Origin: Solirubrobacteraceae bacterium
GTDB lineage: Bacteria; Actinomycetota; Thermoleophilia; Solirubrobacterales; Solirubrobacteraceae
Reading direction: 5' to 3'
Length of the DNA: 59,472 nt
Assembly (NCBI GenBank): GCA_035264365.1
Contig: DATFQI010000391.1
Location: 1 to 59,472, forward strand
In this document: positions 1 to 8,743 of the stretch, in pieces
Numbering within the stretch: the first letter of the stretch is position 1
How the letters are laid out: every line of letters begins with the position of its first letter
The notes under the pieces: generated by a model
Told to the model about the DNA's origin: nothing
Databases searched by the model: none
The model's input: only the letters and a program-made list of their open reading frames with translations
Program-made: the position numbers and the translations under genes

Positions 1-611
1 GAGGCCAGGCCCTGCGCCTGGCCGGCGTCCGCGGCGCCGAGCGGGTGGACGTCGTCGATCACCGCCCCCGCCTTGCGCATCAGCCCGCGGAAGATCCCGC
101 CGATCTGCGTGAGCTCGAACGCCCGCTGCACGAGCGCGACGAACGCCCCCAGGGTGACGACGAGCAGGACGAGTCCGAAGAGCACCGTCAGCGTGGGGTC
201 GAATGCGTGCCCGGCCTGGTCGCTCCGGGCGGCGACCGCGGCGATCGCGAACAGCGCGTAGGTCGCGGTCGCGGTCGGCAGGGCCAGCCCCGCGATCACG
301 ACGGGATCGCGGCGCAGGCGTGCCGCGAGCCTGGGCGAGTAGGAGGACGTCTGGATCTGCGCCGCGACGAAGACCGCCGAGAAGATGATGCCGGTGAACG
401 TGATCATGCCGGCCGCGAGGGCGCCGAAGATCTGCTCCGCGGCCCCGGGGGCGATCCGGATCCCCGCGTCTCCCACGCGCTCGTCCAGCGCGGGCAGAGC
501 GAGGGCCAGCACGATCGCGGCGCAGTTCCCTGCGAGCACCGGCAGCCACATCGCCGAGGCGAGCCGCAGGCGGGCGCGCAGGAACCGGCGCGGAGCCGGG
601 CCGTGCCTCAC
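1..611 (-). CDS. DUF2254-like integral membrane protein, N-terminal part (3' end lies beyond the left edge)
   Basis: Absent from the ORF track because it has no stop in the window. My reverse-strand translation from GTG 611 (alternative ATG 551) reads VRHGPAPRRFLRARLRLASAMWLPVLAGNCAAIVLALALPALDE...MITFTGIIFSAVFVAAQIQTSSYSPRLAARL... Third positions are G/C-rich. The FTGIxFS...Q.SS.YSPR motif is typical of DUF2254. GTG 611-609 overlaps the antiporter stop TGA 610-608. Confidence 0.6.
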   Translation of the reverse strand, partial: MRHGPAPRRFLRARLRLASAMWLPVLAGNCAAIVLALALPALDERVGDAGIRIAPGAAEQIFGALAAGMITFTGIIFSAVFVAAQIQTSSYSPRLAARLRRDPVVIAGLALPTATATYALFAIAAVAARSDQAGHAFDPTLTVLFGLVLLVVTLGAFVALVQRAFELTQIGGIFRGLMRKAGAVIDDVHPLGAADAGQAQGLA

Positions 612-1843
612 GCCGCCCCCGCCCGGCTGGGCATGCCGGGCGGCTCGGCCGCCACCGGCGGCTCCGCCCGGAGCCGCAGGCCGACGATCGGATAGACGAG
701 CGTCGAGAGCACGGCCGCCCCGATCAGCGACGCCGCGGTCGAGGACCGCATGTGCCCGCCGTCCTGCGCGAGCGTCGTGATCGCGATCACCAGCGGCAGC
801 TGCGTGGACGAGAACAGGGCGAGCGCGACGCGGTCGCGGCGGTCGAGGAGCTGCCGGTAGAGCACGAGCGCCGGCACGCCGCGCACGACGAGGAACAGCC
901 CGAAGAACACGAACAGCTTCACCACGCCCGACGCGCTGGCGAACAGCGCGTCGATGTCGAGCTGCATCCCGCTGACGACGAAGAAGAACGGGATGAACAC
1001 GCCGAAGGCGACCGCGGACAGCTTCGAGTCGAACGCCGGGACCTCGCGCGTCTTGAGCACTTGCCGCGTGATCAGCCCCGCGGCGAACCCGCCGAGCAGT
1101 AGGTCGAGGCCGAGCTCGGACGCGAGCAGCGCCAGCGCGAACACAAGCACGACGATCCAGCGCACGGCGAGCTGCGAGCTCTTCTCGAGCGTGCGCTCGA
1201 ACAGCGGGATGGCGCGGCCCGAGGAACGCACCGCGACCACCGCGACCCCGACCGCGAGCGCCACGAACGCGATCAGGATCGCTGCATGGTGGAGCGCGCT
1301 GCCCGTGGACAGGACCAGCGTGATCAGCAGGATCGGGCCGAACTCCCCCACCGCCCCCGCACCGAGCAGCAGCGTGCCGAAGCGGGTCTTCAGCTCGCCG
1401 CTGTCCGACAGGATCGGGATCAGCGTCCCGATCGCGGTCGTCGCGATCGCCGAGCCGGTGTAGAGCAGCGAGACCACCACCCCGGCGGCCGCGAGGACGC
1501 CCCCGATCGCGTACGCCAGGACGAGCGAGAGCAGCCAGCCGATCGTCCCCAGGCGCAGCGGCGTGCCGGAGATCCGCCGCAAGTCGATCTCGTAGCCGGC
1601 GAAGAAGAACAGCATCCCGAGGCCGAGGTTGGCGAAGAACTGGATGAACTCCGAGACGTCCAGGCCCAGCATCTGCGGCCCGATCAGCACGCCCAGCAGC
1701 AGCTCGACCACGACCGCCGGCAGCAGCAGCCCGCGTCCGGTCACGACCGCGGCGACCGTGCCCGCGACGGCCGCCACGCCCACGACCGCGAGGAAGTCCT
1801 CGGGCTCGACCTGGACGGCGGCGGCGAGAACGAGCCCGCTCAC
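608..1843 (-). CDS. cation:proton antiporter (CPA2/Kef-type Na+(K+)/H+ exchanger family)
   Basis: Track ORF 608..1972 trimmed to GTG 1843 (VSGLVLAAAVQ...). This start overlaps the MFS stop (GTGA 1840-1843). The protein is polytopic. LLLGVLIGPQMLGL, FFANLGLGMLFFFAGYEIDL and GAVGEFGPILL are typical of this exchanger family. Confidence 0.8.
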   Translation of the reverse strand: MSGLVLAAAVQVEPEDFLAVVGVAAVAGTVAAVVTGRGLLLPAVVVELLLGVLIGPQMLGLDVSEFIQFFANLGLGMLFFFAGYEIDLRRISGTPLRLGTIGWLLSLVLAYAIGGVLAAAGVVVSLLYTGSAIATTAIGTLIPILSDSGELKTRFGTLLLGAGAVGEFGPILLITLVLSTGSALHHAAILIAFVALAVGVAVVAVRSSGRAIPLFERTLEKSSQLAVRWIVVLVFALALLASELGLDLLLGGFAAGLITRQVLKTREVPAFDSKLSAVAFGVFIPFFFVVSGMQLDIDALFASASGVVKLFVFFGLFLVVRGVPALVLYRQLLDRRDRVALALFSSTQLPLVIAITTLAQDGGHMRSSTAASLIGAAVLSTLVYPIVGLRLRAEPPVAAEPPGMPSRAGAA

Positions 1844-3426
1844 GGGGCGGCGCCGGTGTCCTCGGCGTGGTAGGCGGCGAGCAGCCGCTTCTCCTCCGCG
1901 GCCCTCGGGAACTTGAAGAAGACGAGCGCCGCGCCCAGCAGCACGGCGACGATCCCGGCGAGATAGGCCCACTGGTCACCCTGCAGGAACGCCGTCTTGG
2001 CGGCCGCGACGATCGTGTCCTGGACCGACTCGGGATAGCCCTGTGCCGTGTCGACCGCGCTGGAGAACGACTTCGTCAGCTCGGTCTGGACGGTGTCGTC
2101 GACGTCCTTGCCCGACGCGGCGACGGCGGCGCCCGCGGCGCTGGCGTAGCCGGCGGTCAGCAGCGCGCCGAAGATCGACTGCATGATCGCGCCGCCCAGA
2201 TCGCGCTGCAGGTCTGCGGTGCCCGAGGCCATCCCGACCCGCTTGACGGGCACCGAGCCGGTGAGCGAGTGCGACGCCGGGGTGCCGGCGAGGCCGACGC
2301 CGATGCCGACGAAGGCGTAGCCGAGCGCGACCTTCCAGTACGAGATGTCCTCCTTCCAGAGCAGGAGCATCGTCAGGAAGCCGAGCAGCACGAATACGTA
2401 GCCGAACAGCAGCGTCTGCCTCGCCCCGTTGCGCTCGACGAGCTTCGCCGAGCGCGGCGCGACGACGACCATGCACAAGGCGGCGGGAAGGATCGCGAGG
2501 CCGGCGTCGACGGTCGAGTAGCCGAGCACGTTCTGGAGGAACTGCTGGCCGATGAACATCGCGCCCATCAGCGAGCCGAACACGATCAGGCCCGCGCAGG
2601 CGGCGACCCAGAACGTCGGCCGCGAGGCGGCGTCGAGGTCGTACAGCGGGTTCGGCGCGCGCCGCTGGCGCACGAAGAAGGCGACCAGGCCGGCGGCCGC
2701 GATCGCGAACAGGCCGATCACCAGCGCGGTCTCGCCGGGGACCGGCGCGAAGTTGATCGCGAGGATCAGCGCCGCCACGAGCACCACGGAGAGGACGCCT
2801 CCGAGGTTGTCGACCGGATCGGTCGCCTCGTTGACGTGGGCCGGCACCAGCTTGAGCGCCATCAGCAGGGCGATCAGCGCGAGCGGCAGCGTGATCAGGA
2901 AGACCGAGCCCCACCAGTAGTGCTCGAGCAGCAGCCCCGAGCACAGCGGGCCGAGCGAGCTGATCGCCCCGCCGGTGGCCGCCCACAGGGCGATCGCGCC
3001 AGTCCGCAGCGGCCCCGACCACAGCGCCGTGATCAGCGCCAGCGTCGTCGGGTAGGCCATGCCCGCCGCGAGCCCGCCGAAGATCCTCGCGCCGATCAGG
3101 ACCTCCTCGGAGGGCGCCCACGCCGCGAGGCAGTCGGCGGGGATCGTGAGCACCATGCCGAGGACGAGCAGGCGCTTGCGCCCGTAGCGGTCGCCGACGG
3201 CGCCCAGGTAGAGCACCGAGGCCGCGAGCCCGAGCGAGTACCCGACCGCGATCAGGTTCAGCGCGGTCTGCGAGGCGTCGAAGTGCTGGCCGATCGACGG
3301 CAGCGCCACGTTGGCGACGGCGAGGCCGAGGTTCGCGACGGCCGCGACCGCGATCAGCGCGCCGAGCACCAGCCCGGCGCGCGCCGGCGCGGTCGAGGCT
3401 TCCTCGCGGGCGGGGGCTGCGGTCAT
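1840..3426 (-). CDS. MFS transporter, DHA2 (EmrB/QacA-like, 14-TMS) family
   Basis: ORF 1840..3426, 528 aa, many hydrophobic spans. LPSIGQHF and GDRYGRKRLLVLG (MFS motif A-like) are present. ATG 3426 overlaps the cydB stop (ATGA 3423-3426). Confidence 0.85.
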   Translation of the reverse strand: MTAAPAREEASTAPARAGLVLGALIAVAAVANLGLAVANVALPSIGQHFDASQTALNLIAVGYSLGLAASVLYLGAVGDRYGRKRLLVLGMVLTIPADCLAAWAPSEEVLIGARIFGGLAAGMAYPTTLALITALWSGPLRTGAIALWAATGGAISSLGPLCSGLLLEHYWWGSVFLITLPLALIALLMALKLVPAHVNEATDPVDNLGGVLSVVLVAALILAINFAPVPGETALVIGLFAIAAAGLVAFFVRQRRAPNPLYDLDAASRPTFWVAACAGLIVFGSLMGAMFIGQQFLQNVLGYSTVDAGLAILPAALCMVVVAPRSAKLVERNGARQTLLFGYVFVLLGFLTMLLLWKEDISYWKVALGYAFVGIGVGLAGTPASHSLTGSVPVKRVGMASGTADLQRDLGGAIMQSIFGALLTAGYASAAGAAVAASGKDVDDTVQTELTKSFSSAVDTAQGYPESVQDTIVAAAKTAFLQGDQWAYLAGIVAVLLGAALVFFKFPRAAEEKRLLAAYHAEDTGAAP

Positions 3427-4457
3427 CGATCACCTCGGTCGGTCACCGGGGCGTCGCCCTCGGCGATCAGGTCTCGCTGCGCGAGCGTGTACAGCAGCGC
3501 GAGCGACGGGATCACGAGCACGACCGCCACGCCGAAGACGATCAGCAGGCTCGTGAGCGTGGCTGTGGGCGCGGCGCCGGCGTCGATCGTGAGCTCCTGC
3601 GGGAGCAGGTACGGGTGCTGCGCGACGCCCCAGCCGCAGACGACGGCGGCGACGGCGCCGACGGCGAGCGCCCGGGCGCCTCGCCGCGCGCCGCGACGCA
3701 GCAGGACGAGCACGGCGATGCCGCACACGGCGGAGACGATGACCAGCGGCAGCCCGGCGCTGGTGAGGCCGTCATAGACGAAGCGCGCGTCGGCGCGCAG
3801 CGCCACGATGCCGGCGACCGCGAGCGCCCCCGCCGCGACGGCGGCGCCGAGCGCGCGGGCCGCGAAGTAGCGCTCGAGGTCCGCCGCGCCGGCGCGGCGG
3901 GCGTCGCTGACGAGGAACACCGCCGCGAGGTACGCGGAGACCGCGACGGAGAGCGCCCCGAGCAGCAGCGGGAGCGGGCCGGTCCAGCTGCTCACGGGAT
4001 CGCCGGCGGCGTTGCCGACCGGCACCTCGCCGCTCGCGATGGCGCCGAGGACCGTGCCCAGGAAGAACGGCGTGAGCAGCGAGGAGAGCCCGAACAGGCG
4101 CTCGGCGACGCGGCGTCCTGCCAGCCGCCGCGCCGTCTTGTGGAAGGCGAAGCCCGAGCCGCGCAGCACGATGCCGATCGCCGCCAGGCTGAGTGGGATG
4201 AACAGCGTCGAGAAGATCGACGCGAACGCGGTCGAGAAGCCGGTCCAGAGAACGACGAGCACGAAGATCAGCCACACGTGGTTGGCCTCCCAGACCGGCC
4301 CGATCGCCCAGCCGATCAGGTCGCGCGCGCGGCGGGCGCGCTCGCCGCGCCCGGCGAAGAGGCTCCAGAAGCCCGCGCCGAAGTCGGCGCCGCCGAACAC
4401 GGCGTACGCCGTCACGCCGATCCACAACACGCCCGCCACGGCGTCGGCGCTGCTCAT
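3423..4457 (-). CDS. cydB: cytochrome bd ubiquinol/menaquinol oxidase subunit II
   Basis: Track ORF 3423..5450 is a fusion artefact. I trimmed it to ATG 4457: MSSADAVAGVLWIGVTAYAVFGGADFGAGFW...GPVWEANHVWLIF, a canonical CydB N-terminus. ATGA overlap with the cydA stop at 4454-4457. Confidence 0.9.
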   Translation of the reverse strand: MSSADAVAGVLWIGVTAYAVFGGADFGAGFWSLFAGRGERARRARDLIGWAIGPVWEANHVWLIFVLVVLWTGFSTAFASIFSTLFIPLSLAAIGIVLRGSGFAFHKTARRLAGRRVAERLFGLSSLLTPFFLGTVLGAIASGEVPVGNAAGDPVSSWTGPLPLLLGALSVAVSAYLAAVFLVSDARRAGAADLERYFAARALGAAVAAGALAVAGIVALRADARFVYDGLTSAGLPLVIVSAVCGIAVLVLLRRGARRGARALAVGAVAAVVCGWGVAQHPYLLPQELTIDAGAAPTATLTSLLIVFGVAVVLVIPSLALLYTLAQRDLIAEGDAPVTDRGDR

Positions 4458-5836
4458 CGCGCGACCTCGGCCGGCGGGCCGGACGGGCCGTAGGGCACCT
4501 CGGAGTCGTCCTCGGCGGCGGCGCGCCACCGCCGTGCCATCGCCCGCAGGGTGATCGCGAGCGCCGCACCGAGCACCACGTACAGGCCGACCACGAGCGT
4601 GAACGTCACCCAGACGCCGTCCGCCTGCGTGACCGCATCCTCGGTGCGCATCACCTCGTAGACGATCCACGGCTGTCGCCCCACTTCGGTGACGATCCAG
4701 CCGCACTCGAGCGCGACGACCGCCGCCACGCCCGAGATGGCGACCGCGCGCAGGAACCACTTCGTCTGCGGGATCTCGCGCCGTCGCCACCACACCACGC
4801 CCAGCCAGAGCCCGAGCGCGATCATCGCGCTGCCGATGCCGACCATCGTGTCGAACGCCCAGTGCAGCATCGTGTTGGCGGGCGGGCGGTCCTCGGCCGG
4901 GACCGTGTCGAGGCCGATCACCTCCGTGTCGGTGCTGAAGCCGACGAGGAACGAGTCGAAGCCGGGGATGCCGACTCCGCCCTTGACGCCCTCCGAGGTG
5001 CAGCGGCCGTAGATGTACTCCGTGACGTGCGTCGCGGTGGTCTGGACGCACTCCATTGCGGCGAACTTGATCGGCTGGTCCTTGGCGATCGCCCGCGCCG
5101 CGGAGTCGCCGACCGCGAACTGGACCGGCGCGAGGGCGCAGGCCACCGTGAGCGGGACCAGCAGGCCGAGCCGGTGGTAGCGGTCGCGCCGGCCCCGGAG
5201 CATGCCGACGGCGTAGACCGAGGCCACCAGGAAGCCCGTGACGAGGTACGCCGCGAGGATCATGTGCGGCACCTCGTACGGCACCGCCGGATTGAAGATC
5301 ACCTTCAGCGGGTCGACGTCCGTCACCTCGCCGCCCGAGGACATGGTGTAGCCCTGCGGCTGGTTCATCCACGAGTTGACGGCCACCACCGAGAAGGCGC
5401 CGCCGAGCCCGCAGAACGGGATCGGCACGCCGGACCAGAAGTGCGTCCACGGGGACAGCCGCTCCCAGCCGAAGATGTAGATGGCGACGAAGATCGCCTC
5501 GAGGAAGAAGAAGATCCCCTCGATCGCGAACAGCACGCCGAAGACCTCACCGAAGCGGCCGGTGAACTCGGGCCACAGCAAGCCGAACTCGAACGAGAGC
5601 ACGGTCCCCGTCACGGCACCGACCGCGAACGTCACCGCGACCACCTTCGACCAGCGGCGCGCGAGCAGGAGCGCGTCGGCGTCGTCGCGGCGAAGGCCGC
5701 GGTGGTTGGCGATCAGCATGAGCGCGGGGAGCGCCACGCCCAGCGAGGCCAGGATGATGTGGAACCCGAGCGTGAACGCCATCTGGCTCCGCGCCGCCTC
5801 GAGCGTGGAGGCCAATGGCACGGCCAGTTGCGTCAC
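4454..5836 (-). CDS. cydA: cytochrome bd ubiquinol/menaquinol oxidase subunit I
   Basis: ORF 4454..5836, 460 aa. FHIILASLGVALP, FAIEGIFFFLEAIFVAIYIFGW and WIVTEVGRQPW are hallmark CydA segments. GTG 5836 overlaps the ndh stop (GTGA 5833-5836). Confidence 0.92.
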   Translation of the reverse strand: MTQLAVPLASTLEAARSQMAFTLGFHIILASLGVALPALMLIANHRGLRRDDADALLLARRWSKVVAVTFAVGAVTGTVLSFEFGLLWPEFTGRFGEVFGVLFAIEGIFFFLEAIFVAIYIFGWERLSPWTHFWSGVPIPFCGLGGAFSVVAVNSWMNQPQGYTMSSGGEVTDVDPLKVIFNPAVPYEVPHMILAAYLVTGFLVASVYAVGMLRGRRDRYHRLGLLVPLTVACALAPVQFAVGDSAARAIAKDQPIKFAAMECVQTTATHVTEYIYGRCTSEGVKGGVGIPGFDSFLVGFSTDTEVIGLDTVPAEDRPPANTMLHWAFDTMVGIGSAMIALGLWLGVVWWRRREIPQTKWFLRAVAISGVAAVVALECGWIVTEVGRQPWIVYEVMRTEDAVTQADGVWVTFTLVVGLYVVLGAALAITLRAMARRWRAAAEDDSEVPYGPSGPPAEVAR

Positions 5837-7164
5837 GGCGTGACGGCGGGCTCGCGCTCGGGCGTCATGTCCTCGTCCCAGTGGATCGCCGCCGCATCCG
5901 GCCGGTCGAGCACCTGCGGGCCGCGCGCCTCGGTGAAGTAGTCCCAGCCCCAGTCGACGAATGCGTCGATGCGGTTGCGGACGCCGGTCATCAGCGAGGC
6001 ATGGACACCGAGCCAGGCGGAGAACGCGATCGCGCCGTGCAGCTCGTGGCGGTGCGCTCCCACCTCGGCGATCGCCGCGCCGCGGCCGATCATCGCCATG
6101 ATGCCCTTGTCGCGGTAGTGGAACGGCTTGGGCTGCTTGCCGGCGGCGTCGGCCAGGATGTTCCCCGCCGCCCAGGCGCCGCTCTGCAGCGCGACCGAGC
6201 CGAGCTGCGGCTGCGCGGAGCCGTCGGGACCCGGGATGTTGGCCACGTCGCCGATCGCGTAGACGCCCGGGGCGCCCGCCACCGTGAGGTCCGGCTGGAC
6301 CTCGATCCGCCCGCCGCGGCCGCGCGGGAGGTCACCCGTCGCCGCGACGGCGGGCGCCTGGATCCCTCCCCCCCACACCACGCAGCGGGTGCGGATGGTC
6401 GAGCCGTCGGCGAGCGAGACGTGCCCCGGGCCGACCTCGGTGACCGCGACGCCCAGGTGCAGCCGGACGCCCTTGCGGCCGAGGATCTTCGCGGCATAGT
6501 CGTGCGCGCGGTCCGAGAACGGGCCGAGCAGCGTGTGCCCGAGGTCGACGAGGTGGATCTGCGCGGCGCTGACCGCCAAGTGGTGGTACTCGGCCGTCAT
6601 CGTCTCGGCGATCAGGTCGGCGAGCGCGCCGGCCAGCTCGACCCCGGTCGGGCCTCCGCCGACCACGACGAAGGTGAGCGCCCCCTGGTCGAGGAGCGCC
6701 GGATCGCGGTCGGCCGCCTCGAACACCTCGAGGATCCGAGAGCGCAGCCGGGTCGCGTCGTCGAGCGAGTAGAGCGGGAGGGCATGCTCCTCGGCGCCGG
6801 GGGTGCGGAAGAAGTTCGGGCGCGACCCCGCCGCCAGCACCAGCGCGTCGCCCGCGAAGCGCTCGCCCCCGGCCAGCGTGACGCTGCGGCTCGCCGGGTC
6901 GAGCTCGACGACCTCGCCGAGCTTCACGTCGACGTTCTCGTGATTGCGGAACAGCTTGCGCAGCGAGAACGCGATGTCGCTGGAGGCCAGCTGCGAGGTC
7001 GCCACCTGGTAGAGCAGCGGCTGGAACTGGTGATAGTTGTGGCGGTCGACCAGCGTGACGCTGACGCCCTGCTCGCCCAGGAGCCGCTTGACGCAGCCCA
7101 CACCGGCGAAGCCGCCGCCGACGACGACCACATGGCGCCGCTCGCCGCCGTTCTCACGCGACAT
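5833..7164 (-). CDS. ndh: type II NADH:quinone oxidoreductase (NDH-2)
   Basis: ORF 5833..7164, 443 aa. It has two Rossmann dinucleotide motifs (HVVVVGGGFAGVG and FVVVGGGPTGVELAGA). The NHENVDVKLGEVVELD and YAIGDVA regions are typical of NDH-2. Confidence 0.9.
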   Translation of the reverse strand: MSRENGGERRHVVVVGGGFAGVGCVKRLLGEQGVSVTLVDRHNYHQFQPLLYQVATSQLASSDIAFSLRKLFRNHENVDVKLGEVVELDPASRSVTLAGGERFAGDALVLAAGSRPNFFRTPGAEEHALPLYSLDDATRLRSRILEVFEAADRDPALLDQGALTFVVVGGGPTGVELAGALADLIAETMTAEYHHLAVSAAQIHLVDLGHTLLGPFSDRAHDYAAKILGRKGVRLHLGVAVTEVGPGHVSLADGSTIRTRCVVWGGGIQAPAVAATGDLPRGRGGRIEVQPDLTVAGAPGVYAIGDVANIPGPDGSAQPQLGSVALQSGAWAAGNILADAAGKQPKPFHYRDKGIMAMIGRGAAIAEVGAHRHELHGAIAFSAWLGVHASLMTGVRNRIDAFVDWGWDYFTEARGPQVLDRPDAAAIHWDEDMTPEREPAVTP

Positions 7165-8743
7165 GCTGGATCACCGTCCGCTCCGGGCGCGGCGCGCCCA
7201 TCCGGTCCAGGAGGTGGTCGCCCACACGCAGCGCGTTCGCCATCGCCGTCAGCGCCGGGTTCACCGCGCCGATGCTCGGGAAGAAGCTCGTGTCGACGAC
7301 GTAGAGGTTGTCGACCTCGTGCGCGCGGCAGTCCGTGTTCAGCACCGAGGAGGCGGGGTCGGCGCCGAACCGGCACGTGCCGGCCTGATGCGCGCAGCCC
7401 GCGACGGGGATGTCGTTCTTGAGGTACGCATGGCGCGGCACCAGGTGGTCGTGGTGCATGCCGAGCTGCCCCAGCATCGACTTCAGCTGGTGCAGGAGCC
7501 GCTGCTTCGGCACCTCGTTGGACGGCGTGTAGCGGAGCTGGATCGACCCGTCGTCCCGGAGCGTGACGCGGTTGCCCGGGTCCGGCAGGTCCTCCGTGGA
7601 GAGCCAGAAGTCCACGGCGTGCCGGGCGACGGCGTCGAGCGAGCGCTGCGGCGCGAGCCGCGTCTGGAGCGGCTTCTCGCCGCGGTACATGTCCGCCGAG
7701 GACTTCCCGACCATCTGGATGTTGCCCAGCGGATGGTCGAAGTCGGGCGCGCCGAAGTAGAAGTCGTTGAGGCCGAGCGTCTTCTGGAAGACCGTCGGGT
7801 TCTCCTCCTTGGACAGCGCCAGCACCGCCTGGCTGTTGTGGAACATGTAGTTGCGGCCGACCTGGTCGGAGCCGTTCGCGAGACCGGCGGGATGCGCCTC
7901 GCTCGCCGACGCGAGCAGCAGCCGCGCGCTGTTCGCCGCCCCGCAGGAGACGACGACGATGTCGCCGGTGAACGTCTCGCGCTCGCCGCCGCGGTCGACC
8001 ACGACCCCCGTCACGGCGCGGCCGTCCGGGCCCGTCTCCAGCCGCACCGCCTCGGCCTCGGTCAGCATCGTCACGTTCGAGCGCTCGAGCGCCGGTCGCA
8101 CGCACAGCACCTCGGCGTCGGACTTGGCGTGCACCAGGCACGGGAAGCCGTCGCAGGTGGCGCAGCGGACGCAGTGGCCATGCGGCATGTCGCGCTCGTT
8201 CAGCCGGACGCCGCACGGCGCGTGGAAGGGGTGCAGCCCGGCCGCCGCGAGATCGTCGGCGAGCTGCTGGATGCGCGGCTCGTGGCTGACCGCCGGGAAC
8301 GGGTAGTCCGCCGACGCGGGCGGCTCCGTCGGGTCCTCGCCGCGCGCGCCGTGGACCTCGTAGAGCTGCTCGGCGAGCGTGTAGTACGGCTCCATCTCCT
8401 CGTAGCCGATCGGCCACGCGGGCGAGATCCCGCCGTGGTGCCGGAGGTCGCCGAAGTCCTCCGCGCGCAAGCGGTAGAGCGCCGCGCCGTAGAGCTTCGT
8501 GGCGCCGCCGACGAAGTAGTGCACCTGCGGCTGGAACGGCCTGCCGCGGTCGTCGTACCACGTGTCCGCGGACACGTACCGGTTGTCGACGAAGACGGCG
8601 TGCGCATCCCAGTTCGCGGGCTCGCGGGCGAGCCAGCCGCCGCGCTCGAGCAGCAGCACGCGCTTGCCCGATGGCGCGAGGTGGCGCACCAAGGTGCCGC
8701 CGCCCGCGCCGCTGCCGATCACGATCACGTCGTAGTGGCTCAT
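7154..8743 (-). CDS. GMC-family FAD oxidoreductase with an internal CxxCxxCxxxxC cluster
   Basis: Track ORF 7154..10363 trimmed to ATG 8743 (MSHYDVIVIGSGAGGGTLV, FAD GxGxxG). ATGA overlap with the zwf stop at 8740-8743. The C-terminal NLYVVDTSFFPSIGAVNPALT is GMC-like. The gene overlaps the ndh start by 11 nt. Confidence 0.85.
   Translation of the reverse strand: MSHYDVIVIGSGAGGGTLVRHLAPSGKRVLLLERGGWLAREPANWDAHAVFVDNRYVSADTWYDDRGRPFQPQVHYFVGGATKLYGAALYRLRAEDFGDLRHHGGISPAWPIGYEEMEPYYTLAEQLYEVHGARGEDPTEPPASADYPFPAVSHEPRIQQLADDLAAAGLHPFHAPCGVRLNERDMPHGHCVRCATCDGFPCLVHAKSDAEVLCVRPALERSNVTMLTEAEAVRLETGPDGRAVTGVVVDRGGERETFTGDIVVVSCGAANSARLLLASASEAHPAGLANGSDQVGRNYMFHNSQAVLALSKEENPTVFQKTLGLNDFYFGAPDFDHPLGNIQMVGKSSADMYRGEKPLQTRLAPQRSLDAVARHAVDFWLSTEDLPDPGNRVTLRDDGSIQLRYTPSNEVPKQRLLHQLKSMLGQLGMHHDHLVPRHAYLKNDIPVAGCAHQAGTCRFGADPASSVLNTDCRAHEVDNLYVVDTSFFPSIGAVNPALTAMANALRVGDHLLDRMGAPRPERTVIQHVA

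Noticed and set aside
45-1102. Plus-strand track ORFs 45..695, 73..261, 203..388, 385..780 and 752..1102.
   Set aside because: Their translations are Arg/Pro/Gly/Asp-rich and low in complexity. They are antisense to the DUF2254 and antiporter genes, whose frames carry the G/C third-position bias. This is typical GC-genome shadow-ORF behaviour.
1867-3777. 636-aa plus-strand ORF and the other long ORFs overlapping the MFS and cydB genes (1976..3433, 3615..4493, 3772..4569).
   Set aside because: They are antisense or out of frame relative to clearly recognisable MFS and CydB proteins. Their composition is dominated by R, G, D and E with no motifs.
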